64,000 nucleotides of DNA from an uncultured candidatus Brocadiaceae bacterium (GCA_964592385.1 CAZQEQ010000002.1:25441-89440), one strand, 5' to 3'; positions 46,102 through 55,037 are shown, numbered from the stretch's first letter. Notes: generated by a model from the sequence alone, not told the origin. Translations and numbers: made by a program.

Positions 46102-47169
46102 TCACGGGCTCTCCGGGGCGCCGGAGGGCATCGGCTGGTGCGTGCGCGTCGGGCCGATCAGCCGCATCCGCCCGTCCTCGTCGAAGACGACTCGGTCTAT
46201 GTTAACGGTACGGTTGCCGGACGGATGCTCTGGGTCGGCGTGGGCGTGATAGACCATGAACACCTCGCGCCCGTCGGGCGAGGTCGTGAAGCTGTTGTGC
46301 CCCGGCCCGGAGACGCCCTTCTCGGGGTCCGTGCGGGCCAGAGGGTTGGAGTCGCTCTTCGTCCACGGCCCCAGGGGCGACTCGGCCGTCGCGTAGCCGA
46401 TGCCGTAACGGGGGCTCGCGTAGTGGGTGGCCGAGTAGGTCATGTAGTAGCGGCCGGCGTGCTTGAGCACGAACGCGCCCTCGTTGCAGCGGACGCGCAC
46501 GCTCTCGGGGTCTTCCCATTCCTGGTCCGCCTCCGCGCAGAGGACGGGCTCGCCGGCCGGCCCCGAGAGGTCTTCCTTCAGGCGCAGACCGTGTATCTTG
46601 CCGTAGATGTAACGTTGCCGCGGCCGCGCAGTTGCGTTCTCGACCACTCCCACCTGGGCGAAGTAGAGATACGGCGTGCCGTCGTCATCGACGAAGACGT
46701 GCGCGTCGATGCATGACCAGCCGATGTCGCACCAGGGCCCGTGGAGGTCCCGGAACGGCCCCGCCGGGTCCTCGCTGACGGCCAGGCAGAGCCGGAACCC
46801 CTCCTCCTTCTCGCGCTGACAACTGAAGCCCATGTAGAAGAGCCCCCGGTAGCGGAAGACCTCCGGCGCCCAAAATGAGCCGGTCCCCCACGAATCCTCC
46901 GCCCGGCGGTAGGCGTAGCCGAGCTCGGTCCAGTGGACCAGGTCCGGCGATCGCCAGCACCTGAACCCGTCCCGCGCCGTCGTCCCGTAAAGGTAGTAAG
47001 CGCCCTCGTGCAGCAGCACGAAGGGGTCGCCCATGCGGATCTCGCCGCCGACGGGATTGGTGTAGGTGTCGCCGGCCACGTCCTGCGTCTCGTAAGCCGC
47101 GTGCGCGGCGGAGCAAGCCGTGGCGACGATCAGCGCCAGCGGCACGAGGAACTGAAGCATCCCCATCAT
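46102..47169 (-). CDS. Glycoside hydrolase family 43 protein
   Basis: It has a signal peptide (MLQFLVPLALIVATACSAAHA). Motifs include NPVGGEIRMGDPFVLLHEGAYYLYGT, FWAPEVFRYRGLFYM, IDAHVFVDDDGTPYLYF and EGAFVLKHAGRYYMTYSA. I prefer the ATG at 47169, preceded by GAGGGAGA; the ORF track start is 47226. Confidence 0.85.
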   Translation of the reverse strand: MMGMLQFLVPLALIVATACSAAHAAYETQDVAGDTYTNPVGGEIRMGDPFVLLHEGAYYLYGTTARDGFRCWRSPDLVHWTELGYAYRRAEDSWGTGSFWAPEVFRYRGLFYMGFSCQREKEEGFRLCLAVSEDPAGPFRDLHGPWCDIGWSCIDAHVFVDDDGTPYLYFAQVGVVENATARPRQRYIYGKIHGLRLKEDLSGPAGEPVLCAEADQEWEDPESVRVRCNEGAFVLKHAGRYYMTYSATHYASPRYGIGYATAESPLGPWTKSDSNPLARTDPEKGVSGPGHNSFTTSPDGREVFMVYHAHADPEHPSGNRTVNIDRVVFDEDGRMRLIGPTRTHQPMPSGAPESP

Positions 47170-47233
47170 TCGGTCTCCCTCTTCTGCCTTGATGTCCTGG
47201 GCACACGAATTGTTCCCTGGCGTCACGCGCAGG

Positions 47234-49006
47234 CTACCGGTCCAGCAGGGAGTCGTTCAAAGTGAACTTCTGATTCAGGATTCTGAAAAGCGCCGCGGCC
47301 GCACGGAGGTCCTGCTTCCTCTGTTGCCCGCCTCCTTCCTCGGCCGGAGCAGGGATGTTCTCGAGAACGAGGATCGCCGCCTCTTTGGCGACAGGGAACT
47401 TGCGGAACTCGTATCCCATCTTGCCGACAGTCTGCTGACACATATTCCGGAGACGTGCTAAAATCGGAGGGTCCATCTTTGCCAACTCTATAGGCCCGGA
47501 CAGATCTTCGGGCAGTATCGCCCCTTCCCTGAGCGATTCGTGCACCCTACCGTAGTCATTGATGAAGGCTTGGCGATACAGTAGGCTTGGCACAAGGTCC
47601 TCAACAATGAACTGGATATCCGGGACCTCCTGGCCGTCGAACGCTTGTCCAGTGACGTACAGGCCCTGACAATCGGCCTCTCTGGCCTTCTTCAATGCAT
47701 CAAACCCGGCCGGGTCTCTGTCATAGACGGCAACTGCGCGAGCCCCCCGCCTCGTAGCGCGCACGCGAAGGTTGCCAAACTCGTTCTCTCCGGCGCCACC
47801 GCAGGGAATGACACTCGTCTTCGTCAGATCAAGGTGGTGGAGCCCTTGCGCCGCGCATGCCTGGCTCGATGCTACCAGGAGCATCTGGTCGGACATTCCC
47901 TCCACCAGGACGTTCCTTTCCGCCAGAAACAGGCTGTAGCCCAGCGGGAGTTGAAGAGCGCTCTGGATTGGCTCTTCGTGCAATCGCCGATATGGCTTGT
48001 TGTCCACTACAGAGACCGTTCCCTCCTTACCGACAAGACGCACCTGATGGATGCGATTAGGGTCGATCATGAAGGGAGAAGGGGTCGCATAGACGATCTG
48101 GCGTTTGCTGGCTGAATGCGCAGCCAAGTCCTGCAGGTACTGGCGCAACATGGCTTGGGCGGCTGGATGCAAGCCAGTCTCAGGTTCGTCCAGCAACAGA
48201 ACGCTCGGCGGGCCAGAGGACTTGGCCTGTGCCAGGACTTCGAGTTGCACGATCGTAGCCAGGAGAAGCGTCAGGCCGGAGCCGAGTTCGGAAGCCCTGA
48301 AATGCTCATGGCGTTCATCGCGGAAGAGTATCTCCAAGCGTCTGTCAGGAGTCGCGTAAGGCTCGACCTCGGGGCAACTGGGGATCAGCGCTCTGAGGAG
48401 ATCTGTCAGTCGATACCTAGTGCTGAGAAGCATCTCGCGTTGCCGTGTCTCCGGAGCGCGGAGCAGTTGCGCCGCGTGACAACCGCCGGCCTCCAATAGC
48501 CTGCGCACGACCACACTATCTTCTGCGTTGAGTTCCTCAAGGTTGTCCAGTGCCGCTGGAATTCGCTCCCTGGCATCCGGGTCGCTGAGATCCAGCAAGT
48601 GCACCTGTGGAAAGAACGTGTCGGCTTGTTCCCTCCTGAGCTGTCTATCCGTTGGGGTACCTGGAACGCCGGAGTCCACACGTCCCGCTCCTGGTGTATT
48701 CCACAAGGACACACGTTCCGGCGGCTGCGCAGTCCCGGTTAGCTGGCGGGTCTTCTTGCCCCTGCCTGGTCCCCCAGGTATGAACCACGTTGTGGAGACC
48801 TCCAGCCCCTCACTGGCTACTGTACCTTTCGTCGTGTCTGCTGCAACATCTAGCCTGCGTGGGTACCTGTAGGCCTCAAGCGCCCGGAGGAGGTTCGACT
48901 TGCCTGCATCATTAGGGCCGACGAAAACGGTGACATCGGGTTCGAAATAGATGGGTTGAGGGCTGAACCCTTTGTAGTCCCGCAACTCCATGCGTTCTAG
49001 GATCAT
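47234..49006 (-). CDS. OLD-family nuclease (ABC-type ATPase + Toprim)
   Basis: Walker A GPNDAGKSN, signature-like SELGSGLTLL and Walker B VLLLDEPETGLHP. The Toprim domain shows NVLVEGMSDQ and VAVYDRDPAG. I prefer the ATG at 49006, preceded by GGAGGAAAGG. G+C is about 53% on sampled lines. Confidence 0.8.
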   Translation of the reverse strand: MILERMELRDYKGFSPQPIYFEPDVTVFVGPNDAGKSNLLRALEAYRYPRRLDVAADTTKGTVASEGLEVSTTWFIPGGPGRGKKTRQLTGTAQPPERVSLWNTPGAGRVDSGVPGTPTDRQLRREQADTFFPQVHLLDLSDPDARERIPAALDNLEELNAEDSVVVRRLLEAGGCHAAQLLRAPETRQREMLLSTRYRLTDLLRALIPSCPEVEPYATPDRRLEILFRDERHEHFRASELGSGLTLLLATIVQLEVLAQAKSSGPPSVLLLDEPETGLHPAAQAMLRQYLQDLAAHSASKRQIVYATPSPFMIDPNRIHQVRLVGKEGTVSVVDNKPYRRLHEEPIQSALQLPLGYSLFLAERNVLVEGMSDQMLLVASSQACAAQGLHHLDLTKTSVIPCGGAGENEFGNLRVRATRRGARAVAVYDRDPAGFDALKKAREADCQGLYVTGQAFDGQEVPDIQFIVEDLVPSLLYRQAFINDYGRVHESLREGAILPEDLSGPIELAKMDPPILARLRNMCQQTVGKMGYEFRKFPVAKEAAILVLENIPAPAEEGGGQQRKQDLRAAAALFRILNQKFTLNDSLLDR

Positions 49007-49114
49007 GTTTCCTTTCCTCCGGTAGCGATAACGGTCCGGTGGTCGAGAGACACGGGATACATGCAACTCTGATGCAAATGGCGCAGGAGACCCAAGCTGG
49101 CATACGCCCAGACA

Positions 49115-49348
49115 TCATACCGAAACGGCTGCGTAGCGCAGGACGTCGATCTCGGCGCCGCGCCGCACGGCCTCTTCGGCCAACTCGTGTACCTGCGCGG
49201 TTACGTCATCCGACAGATAGTACTCGCCGCAGTTCTCGCACACCTGCGCGGGGACGTCCTTGATGATGACCGTGGTATCGTCACGCTCAAGGGTTACGGT
49301 CGCCGTCCCTCCGTGCGTGTTGCCCGTCTTGCAGATCGCGCACTTCAT
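49115..49348 (-). CDS. YgiT/MqsA-type zinc-ribbon protein (putative antitoxin, no HTH domain)
   Basis: 77 aa: MKCAICKTG...VTLERDDTTVIIKDVPAQVCENCGEYY. It has two CxxC pairs. The start overlaps the upstream gene's stop (ATGA). Confidence 0.8.
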   Translation of the reverse strand: MKCAICKTGNTHGGTATVTLERDDTTVIIKDVPAQVCENCGEYYLSDDVTAQVHELAEEAVRRGAEIDVLRYAAVSV

Positions 49349-49671
49349 GGTTGTCTCCTGTTTCTGAAATCCTCATCCCAGATCTGGGCATCTGGCTCAT
49401 AGGCCGTGACGACGATGGCAGTCCGTGTTTCCCTATCCACCGCGAGAACGACGTGGACAGGCCGGGACTCAGCGTAACCCAGGAGCAGTCGGCTCGGGTA
49501 AGGAGTGTCGTCGGGATAGTCTGCTATCACCTCGCCGTGGCGGATGACATTCAGCACGTGCTCGCTTGTCAGACCGCGCCGGAACATCCGTCTGACGGCG
49601 TGGCCGCTGAACAGGACTCTGTCGAACTGCCGGTTCCGGCTCGCGCCTGAGCTGGGCTCTTGGTCTGTCAT
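49345..49671 (-). CDS. DUF4258-like protein (putative toxin)
   Basis: This is the 3' 327 nt of the spurious 589-aa ORF 49345-51114, starting at the ATG at 49671. The sequence FSGHAVRRMFRRGLTSEHVLNVIRHGEVIADYPDDTPYPSRLLLGY...VHVVLAVD matches my recollection of DUF4258. Confidence 0.7.
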   Translation of the reverse strand: MTDQEPSSGASRNRQFDRVLFSGHAVRRMFRRGLTSEHVLNVIRHGEVIADYPDDTPYPSRLLLGYAESRPVHVVLAVDRETRTAIVVTAYEPDAQIWDEDFRNRRQP

Positions 49672-49980
49672 ACACTGTCCTATGCTTCCCGACACGTGAA
49701 GCCGGAGTGCGAGAGTCGATTCAGACTGTGCCGGACAGCACCAGTATAGGCGCGGCGGGCAGGCGGCGCAAGGCGAGCGCGGGAACGACGCAGACGGCGC
49801 TGCGCGGGGACGGGCCGATGCTGCTCGAAACCGTTTCTCTTGCGATGCTGCTTCATGTGTGCAAGAATCCCTGTAGCGCGTGCTTGCCGGGCGAGCTGTC
49901 CTCCTGTGCGCGCCGTTGCTGTCCTGCTCGGGGCAGGATGGTCCGTGTGGTTTCCTCATGTGGCACGGGGTTGGGAGCGC

Positions 49981-51921
49981 ATGAGCGTGGACTCCCTGAC
50001 AAGCGGGTCCGGCGCAAGTCCTGGCACGGTGCCGGGTTTGCGGCGCGGGCCCTCGTGGCGTAGCCTCTTGTGGGCGGGCGCGTGCTTTCTGTTCTTCCTG
50101 TTGTTCTTCCTGTACGTCTGGCTGCGCGTTGCTCCCGCGGGTCTCTACCATTGCCGATACATGGAGTTTCCTCCCTTCTCGCTGGGGGCGGTGTTCGTCA
50201 AGGAGTTCCTGGCGTATGCGGGCGGGCCCATCGAGTACGTGTCGGCGTTTCTGTCGCAGTTGTTCTACCTCTCTTGGGCCGGTGCTCTGATCATCACGGC
50301 GGTTGCCGCGCTGCTCTGCGTGGCGGCTTATGCGTCCTTTACGGCCTTTGGCGGCACTCGCCTTCCCGTGCTGTACTTCATTCCGGCCCTGCCGGTGTTG
50401 ATGCTGTACAGCCGGTACTCGCACGCCATGACGCTCGTCCTGGCGGTGTTGGCGTCGGTGCTGTGCATGGTCCTTTATGCGTCCCTGCCGCTGCGTCGTC
50501 CTGTCCTGAGGGCGGGGGCATTCCTGGTGCTCTCGTGCGCCCTCTGGTACGTGGCCAGTGGTGCATACGTGATCTTCGTCGTTCTGTGCGGCGCGCTGGA
50601 GCTTCTGACAAGGCGCCGGGTCCTGCTCGGTCTGGCCTGCGTTCTGCTTTCCCTGGTCGCGCCTCCGGTAGCGGGCACATATCTTCTCCCGATCACGATC
50701 GAAGATGCTTACGTGGGGGGCATGCGTTCGATGATCGGCCCGCACACCGGGGATCTGGCGGCCCTGATTGCCGTGGTCTGCTTGCTGGCCTTCTTTCCGA
50801 TAGTTGGCGTCGGAGTTGCGCTTTGGCACCGGCTGGGAAGGAGGGGGGCGGGCGTGGCTGGCAGTGCGGCGTCGACCCCTGAGCGGCCCAGGCAGCCGGG
50901 ACTCATGCACGTCCTCGTGTCGTCCGCAGTGGTCGCCGCGGGGCTTGTCGTGGTCTATTCCTTTTTTGACAGGGACTTGGGCACGCTCTGTCGAATGGAG
51001 TGTCTCTCGCGACGGGGCACGTGGGAGCGGGTCCTGCGTGAGGCGCGCCGTCTTTCCCCCGCGTGTGCCCGCGGCGAGCTGGCGACATGGAATGTCAACT
51101 GGGCCCTCTATCACACCGGCCGACTACCGTACGAGATGTTCTCTTACCCGCAACATGCTTACTCGCTCATCGGGACCAGCGAATACTACAGGAGATTCAA
51201 TTGGCGCGTGCCGACGTACGGCAAGTGCGCCGACGTGTGTTTCGAACTCGGGCTTGTGAACACGTCGGAACAGATGTCCCACGAGGCACTGTGGGTCGCC
51301 GGGGACTACGGACCGACGCTCTTGCAGCTTGCCCGGATATACATCCTCAAGGGGCAGCCTGAAGCCTCGCGCATGTTCCTGACGGCGGTGAGCAAGGACC
51401 TGGTATACGGATCGGCAGGCAGACGTTACCTGGAGTTGCTCAAGAGCGATCCCGAGCTTTCCACGGACCAGGAGGTGCAACGAGTACGGTCCCTGATGAT
51501 GCACACGGACCTGCCCCATTCGTCCTTTGAGGGCAGGCTGTTGGAGCTGCTGAGAACGAACAGGCAGAACCGGATGGCTTTCGAGTACCTGATGGCGGTC
51601 TACCTGCTGACGGGTCAGATCGAGAAGCTCGCCATGAACATGGAGCGCCTGGACGACTTCGCATACCCCGACGTTCCGCGTCATTACGAGGAAGCGCTCT
51701 TGCTGCACACTGCCATGACGGGCAGGGCGGCTGACCTGGGGGCACGGCGCATCAGCCCGCAGACGATGGCGCGATTTCAGCATGTCAATCGCGTGCTTGC
51801 CGATTGCAGGGGCAACCGGGCGGCAGCCCTGGGTGTCCTTGCCAGGCAGCACGGTGACACCTACTTCTTCTACTATCTGTTGCACTTCGCGTCCGCGCCT
51901 GCCAGGGGGACGAGCGGATGA
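49981..51921 (+). CDS. Polytopic membrane protein (~10 TM helices) with C-terminal TPR-like helical domain, unknown function
   Basis: I prefer the ATG at 49981. The N-terminal ~370 aa are hydrophobic helices. The C-terminal ~270 aa form helical repeats (LLQLARIYILKGQPEASRMFLTAV..., AFEYLMAVYLLTGQIEKL). The family may be DUF6057-like, from memory and unverified. Confidence 0.7.
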   Translation: MSVDSLTSGSGASPGTVPGLRRGPSWRSLLWAGACFLFFLLFFLYVWLRVAPAGLYHCRYMEFPPFSLGAVFVKEFLAYAGGPIEYVSAFLSQLFYLSWAGALIITAVAALLCVAAYASFTAFGGTRLPVLYFIPALPVLMLYSRYSHAMTLVLAVLASVLCMVLYASLPLRRPVLRAGAFLVLSCALWYVASGAYVIFVVLCGALELLTRRRVLLGLACVLLSLVAPPVAGTYLLPITIEDAYVGGMRSMIGPHTGDLAALIAVVCLLAFFPIVGVGVALWHRLGRRGAGVAGSAASTPERPRQPGLMHVLVSSAVVAAGLVVVYSFFDRDLGTLCRMECLSRRGTWERVLREARRLSPACARGELATWNVNWALYHTGRLPYEMFSYPQHAYSLIGTSEYYRRFNWRVPTYGKCADVCFELGLVNTSEQMSHEALWVAGDYGPTLLQLARIYILKGQPEASRMFLTAVSKDLVYGSAGRRYLELLKSDPELSTDQEVQRVRSLMMHTDLPHSSFEGRLLELLRTNRQNRMAFEYLMAVYLLTGQIEKLAMNMERLDDFAYPDVPRHYEEALLLHTAMTGRAADLGARRISPQTMARFQHVNRVLADCRGNRAAALGVLARQHGDTYFFYYLLHFASAPARGTSG

Positions 51922-53504
51922 GCAACCGCGTCAGGACGGTGTTGCTGCTGTGTGCGCTCCTGGCCTTGCTTGCGGGCGGCCTTGTCCTGCACGGGGTTCG
52001 ACCTGAGGCCCCCGCAGTTGCGCAGTGCGAGCGCACGCGCCGGATGCCCAGGATTCGCCCGGACTATGTCGGGACGGTCATCCCTCCGAACATTGCCCCC
52101 CTGAACTTCCTGGTGGAGGAGCCGGGCACGCAGTACTGTGTCAGGATATCCTCCAGGCAGGGCGAGCCGATCGAGATTCTCAGCAAGACGCCTCAGATCG
52201 TGATTCCCGAAGGGCCGTGGAAGATACTGCTGGACCTCAATCGTGGCGAGGAACTGCAGTTTGACGTTCTCGCAAAGGGGGCGGACGGGCAGTGGCGTCG
52301 CTTCGATGCCATAACAAACACGGTCTCCACCGCCCCCATCGACAGCCACCTGGTCTATCGACTTCTCGGAACGGGCTACATCGACATAGCTGACTTGGGC
52401 ATCTACCAGCGGGACGTCGAGGGCTATGCAGAGAACCTCATCTTCCACAACAGGTCCATGGGTGGCGGATGCATCAACTGCCACACGTTTCTCAACGGCG
52501 GAACGTCCGACATGATACTGCACGTCAGGGGCGACCAGTGCGGATTCGCCATGGTGATGGCCCGCGACGGCGACGTCATCAAGGTCGACACGCGGACCGA
52601 GCACAATCCTGCGCCGGCGGCCTACAGTTCCTGGCATCCCAGCGGGCGGGTGGCCGCCTTCTCCGTCAACAAGATAAGGCAGTTCTACCACACGATCGGC
52701 CACACCCGAGAGGTCTACGACGCTGACTCCGACGTGTGCCTCTACCTCGTGGACTCGGCGACCGTGACGAGCACGGCAGCGCTCTCGGACCCCGGGCGCC
52801 GGGAGAACTGGCCAGCGTGGTCGCCGGACGGGGAGTATCTGTACTTCTCCAGCGCGCCCGATCTGCCGCGCGAGCGTTTCGAGGACATCAAGTACGACCT
52901 GATGCGGATCAGCTACGACGTGGAGACCGGCCAGTGGGGCAAACTGGAGACCGTGCTGTCTGCCGGGGAAACGGGACTCAGCATGAACCAGCCAAAAGTC
53001 TCTCCGGACGGCCGGTTCCTGCTGTTCTGCATGTCCGACTACAGCAGCTTCCCCCTTGACCGGGCAAACAGCGATCTGTACATGATGGCGCTGGGAACGC
53101 GCAGGTACTGGCGCCTGGAAATCAACAGCGACAGTAGCGAGGCATGGCATTGCTGGTCGAGTAACGGACGTTGGATCGTCTTCAGCAGCAGGAGGCTTGA
53201 CGGCGTCTTCACGAGGCCGTTCTTCAGCTATATTGATGAGGACGGGAACGCCCACAAGCCGCTGCTGCTTCCCCAGAGGGACCCGGCGTTCTATGACACC
53301 TTCCTCCAGATGTATAACGTCCCGGAACTCGTCAAGGAGCCTGTCCGGGTGAGTGCGCGAGAACTCGGCCGAGCCATAAGCGGGCCTGCGGTGTCGGTCT
53401 CTCCTGCGGCGGTTACCGGCGCCACCCCCCGCGCCAAGGCAAAGGCGAGTCCTGCAACGGCGTCGTCTCCGGACGCCGGTGAGCCTCCGATCCCACGGCA
53501 ATAG
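51918..53504 (+). CDS. Signal-anchored protein with a single CXXCH motif and TolB/PD40-like beta-propeller repeats
   Basis: The start overlaps the upstream stop (ATGA). It has an N-terminal anchor (LLLCALLALLAGGLVL) and the motif GGGCINCHTF (CXXCH). PD40-like repeats include WSPDGEYLYFSS, VSPDGRFLLFCMSD and WSSNGRWIVFSSRR. Confidence 0.7.
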   Translation: MSNRVRTVLLLCALLALLAGGLVLHGVRPEAPAVAQCERTRRMPRIRPDYVGTVIPPNIAPLNFLVEEPGTQYCVRISSRQGEPIEILSKTPQIVIPEGPWKILLDLNRGEELQFDVLAKGADGQWRRFDAITNTVSTAPIDSHLVYRLLGTGYIDIADLGIYQRDVEGYAENLIFHNRSMGGGCINCHTFLNGGTSDMILHVRGDQCGFAMVMARDGDVIKVDTRTEHNPAPAAYSSWHPSGRVAAFSVNKIRQFYHTIGHTREVYDADSDVCLYLVDSATVTSTAALSDPGRRENWPAWSPDGEYLYFSSAPDLPRERFEDIKYDLMRISYDVETGQWGKLETVLSAGETGLSMNQPKVSPDGRFLLFCMSDYSSFPLDRANSDLYMMALGTRRYWRLEINSDSSEAWHCWSSNGRWIVFSSRRLDGVFTRPFFSYIDEDGNAHKPLLLPQRDPAFYDTFLQMYNVPELVKEPVRVSARELGRAISGPAVSVSPAAVTGATPRAKAKASPATASSPDAGEPPIPRQ

Positions 53505-53615
53505 TGGGCCGGTGACGGGGGCCCCCGCGCGTGCCGGTTATGCCGTGAGACGGCCCGCCAGGATCACGCTGCCTGCTCCGTCCGGTACTTGTTCCCGCCG
53601 CCGGCATTTTCGGGC

Positions 53616-53652
53616 TTGACAGGGTGGCTATGGACGGGTATAGTAGCTATAC
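53616..53652 (+). promoter_or_regulatory. Near-consensus promoter TTGACA-N17-TATAGT overlapped by the palindrome GTATAG-N3-CTATAC
   Basis: TTGACA is at 53616-53621 and TATAGT at 53639-53644. The palindrome GTATAGTAGCTATAC is at 53638-53652. The element is 53 nt upstream of the dinB ATG. Confidence 0.55.
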
Positions 53653-53696
53653 GGATGATAAGTATCCGCCGTTTCGGGGAGCCTGGGGGGGGACAG

Positions 53697-55037
53697 ATGA
53701 GGGCGCCGGTGATCGTTCACGTGGATATCGACGCGTTCTTCGCCTCGGTCGAGCGGGTCATTCGGCCCGAGTTGCGGGGCAGGCCGGTGATCGTCGGCGG
53801 CGGGACCGAGGGCAGGGGCGTGGTCGCCTCGGCCTCCTACGAGGCCAGGCCCCGCGGCGTGAGGGCCGGGATGCCCATCTACCAGGCGCGCGAGCTCTGC
53901 CCGGACGGCGTCTTCCTGCCGCCGCGCCACGGGGAGTACAACCGGTTCTCCGAGCGGGTCTTCGACGTGCTCTCGGAGGTCAGCCCGTCGGTGGAGCAGG
54001 CGTCCATGGACGAGGGGTACGCGTCGCTGCGGGGCTGCGAGAGGATGTACGGGGCGTGGTCGGCGCGGCCGGCGGCCAGGCTGCCGTTCGTGCGGGAGGC
54101 GGACGGCATCTACCGGCGCCGGGAGGGGCGAGCGGTGCCGCCGGGGGAGCGGGCAATGCTGCCGGAGGGCTGCCGCTGGCCGGCGGCGGTGGCGCTCTGG
54201 ATCAAGCGGGCCGTGCGGGCGCGCACGGGCCTGACCGTGACGGCCGGGCTGGGCGCGAACAAGCTGGTGGCGAAGGCGGCGTCCGGTTTCGGCAAGCCGG
54301 ACGGGCTGGTCGTGGTGGAGCCGGGCCGGGAGGCGGACTTCCTGGCCATGCTGGGCCTGGGCGACCTGCCGGGCATCGGGCGCGCCACGCTGGAGAAGTT
54401 CCACAAGTGGAACGTGCGCACCGTGGAGCAGGCGCGTCGGCTGCCGGTCGAGCTGCTCGGGGACGCCTTCGGCGAGGAGAACGGGCGGGCGATATACCGC
54501 CTGCTGCGCGGCCAGGGCTCGGCCGAGCCGCAGGAGCGCGGGCGCCCGAAGAGCATCAGCCGCGAGACGACCTTCTGGACGGCGTCCAACGACTACGGGT
54601 TCGTCGAGTCCATGCTGTTCTACCTGACGGAGCGGCTGGGGCGGGCGCTGCGCCGGGAGAGGCTGGAGGGGCGGACGGTGGGGGTGAAGCTGCGCTACCA
54701 GGACTTCCACACGGTACAGCGGTCACGCTCGGTGGGGGGGCACACGGACCGGGACGACCGGATATTCGAGGCGGCGCGGCGCCTGCTGCGGGCGCAGTGG
54801 CGCCGGAGCCGGCGGGTGCGGCTGGTGGGCGTGGGGCTGACGGACCTGCGCCCGGCGCGCGCGTTCCAGTACACGCTCTTCGACGATGGGGCGGAGCGCA
54901 GCCGGCGGCTGGACCGCTGCCTGGACGGCCTGCGGGAGCGGTTCGGGTTCGGCGCGGTGCGGCGCGGGCTCTCGATCGACCTGGCCGAGGTCGAGGAGCG
55001 GGCGGAGCCCGTCTCGCCGGCGCACGCGCATTCGTGA
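53697..55037 (+). CDS. dinB: DNA polymerase IV (Y-family)
   Basis: Motifs VIVHVDIDAFFASVE, SMDEGYASL and AGLGANKLVAKAAS. I prefer the ATG at 53697. Confidence 0.9.
   Translation: MRAPVIVHVDIDAFFASVERVIRPELRGRPVIVGGGTEGRGVVASASYEARPRGVRAGMPIYQARELCPDGVFLPPRHGEYNRFSERVFDVLSEVSPSVEQASMDEGYASLRGCERMYGAWSARPAARLPFVREADGIYRRREGRAVPPGERAMLPEGCRWPAAVALWIKRAVRARTGLTVTAGLGANKLVAKAASGFGKPDGLVVVEPGREADFLAMLGLGDLPGIGRATLEKFHKWNVRTVEQARRLPVELLGDAFGEENGRAIYRLLRGQGSAEPQERGRPKSISRETTFWTASNDYGFVESMLFYLTERLGRALRRERLEGRTVGVKLRYQDFHTVQRSRSVGGHTDRDDRIFEAARRLLRAQWRRSRRVRLVGVGLTDLRPARAFQYTLFDDGAERSRRLDRCLDGLRERFGFGAVRRGLSIDLAEVEERAEPVSPAHAHS

Noticed and set aside
49672-51114. The upstream 480 codons of the 589-aa minus-strand ORF 49345-51114.
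   Set aside because: Only the last 108 codons (from the ATG at 49671) look like a real protein (DUF4258-like). The rest is Arg/Pro/His/Gln-rich and antisense to the well-supported membrane/TPR gene at 49981-51921.
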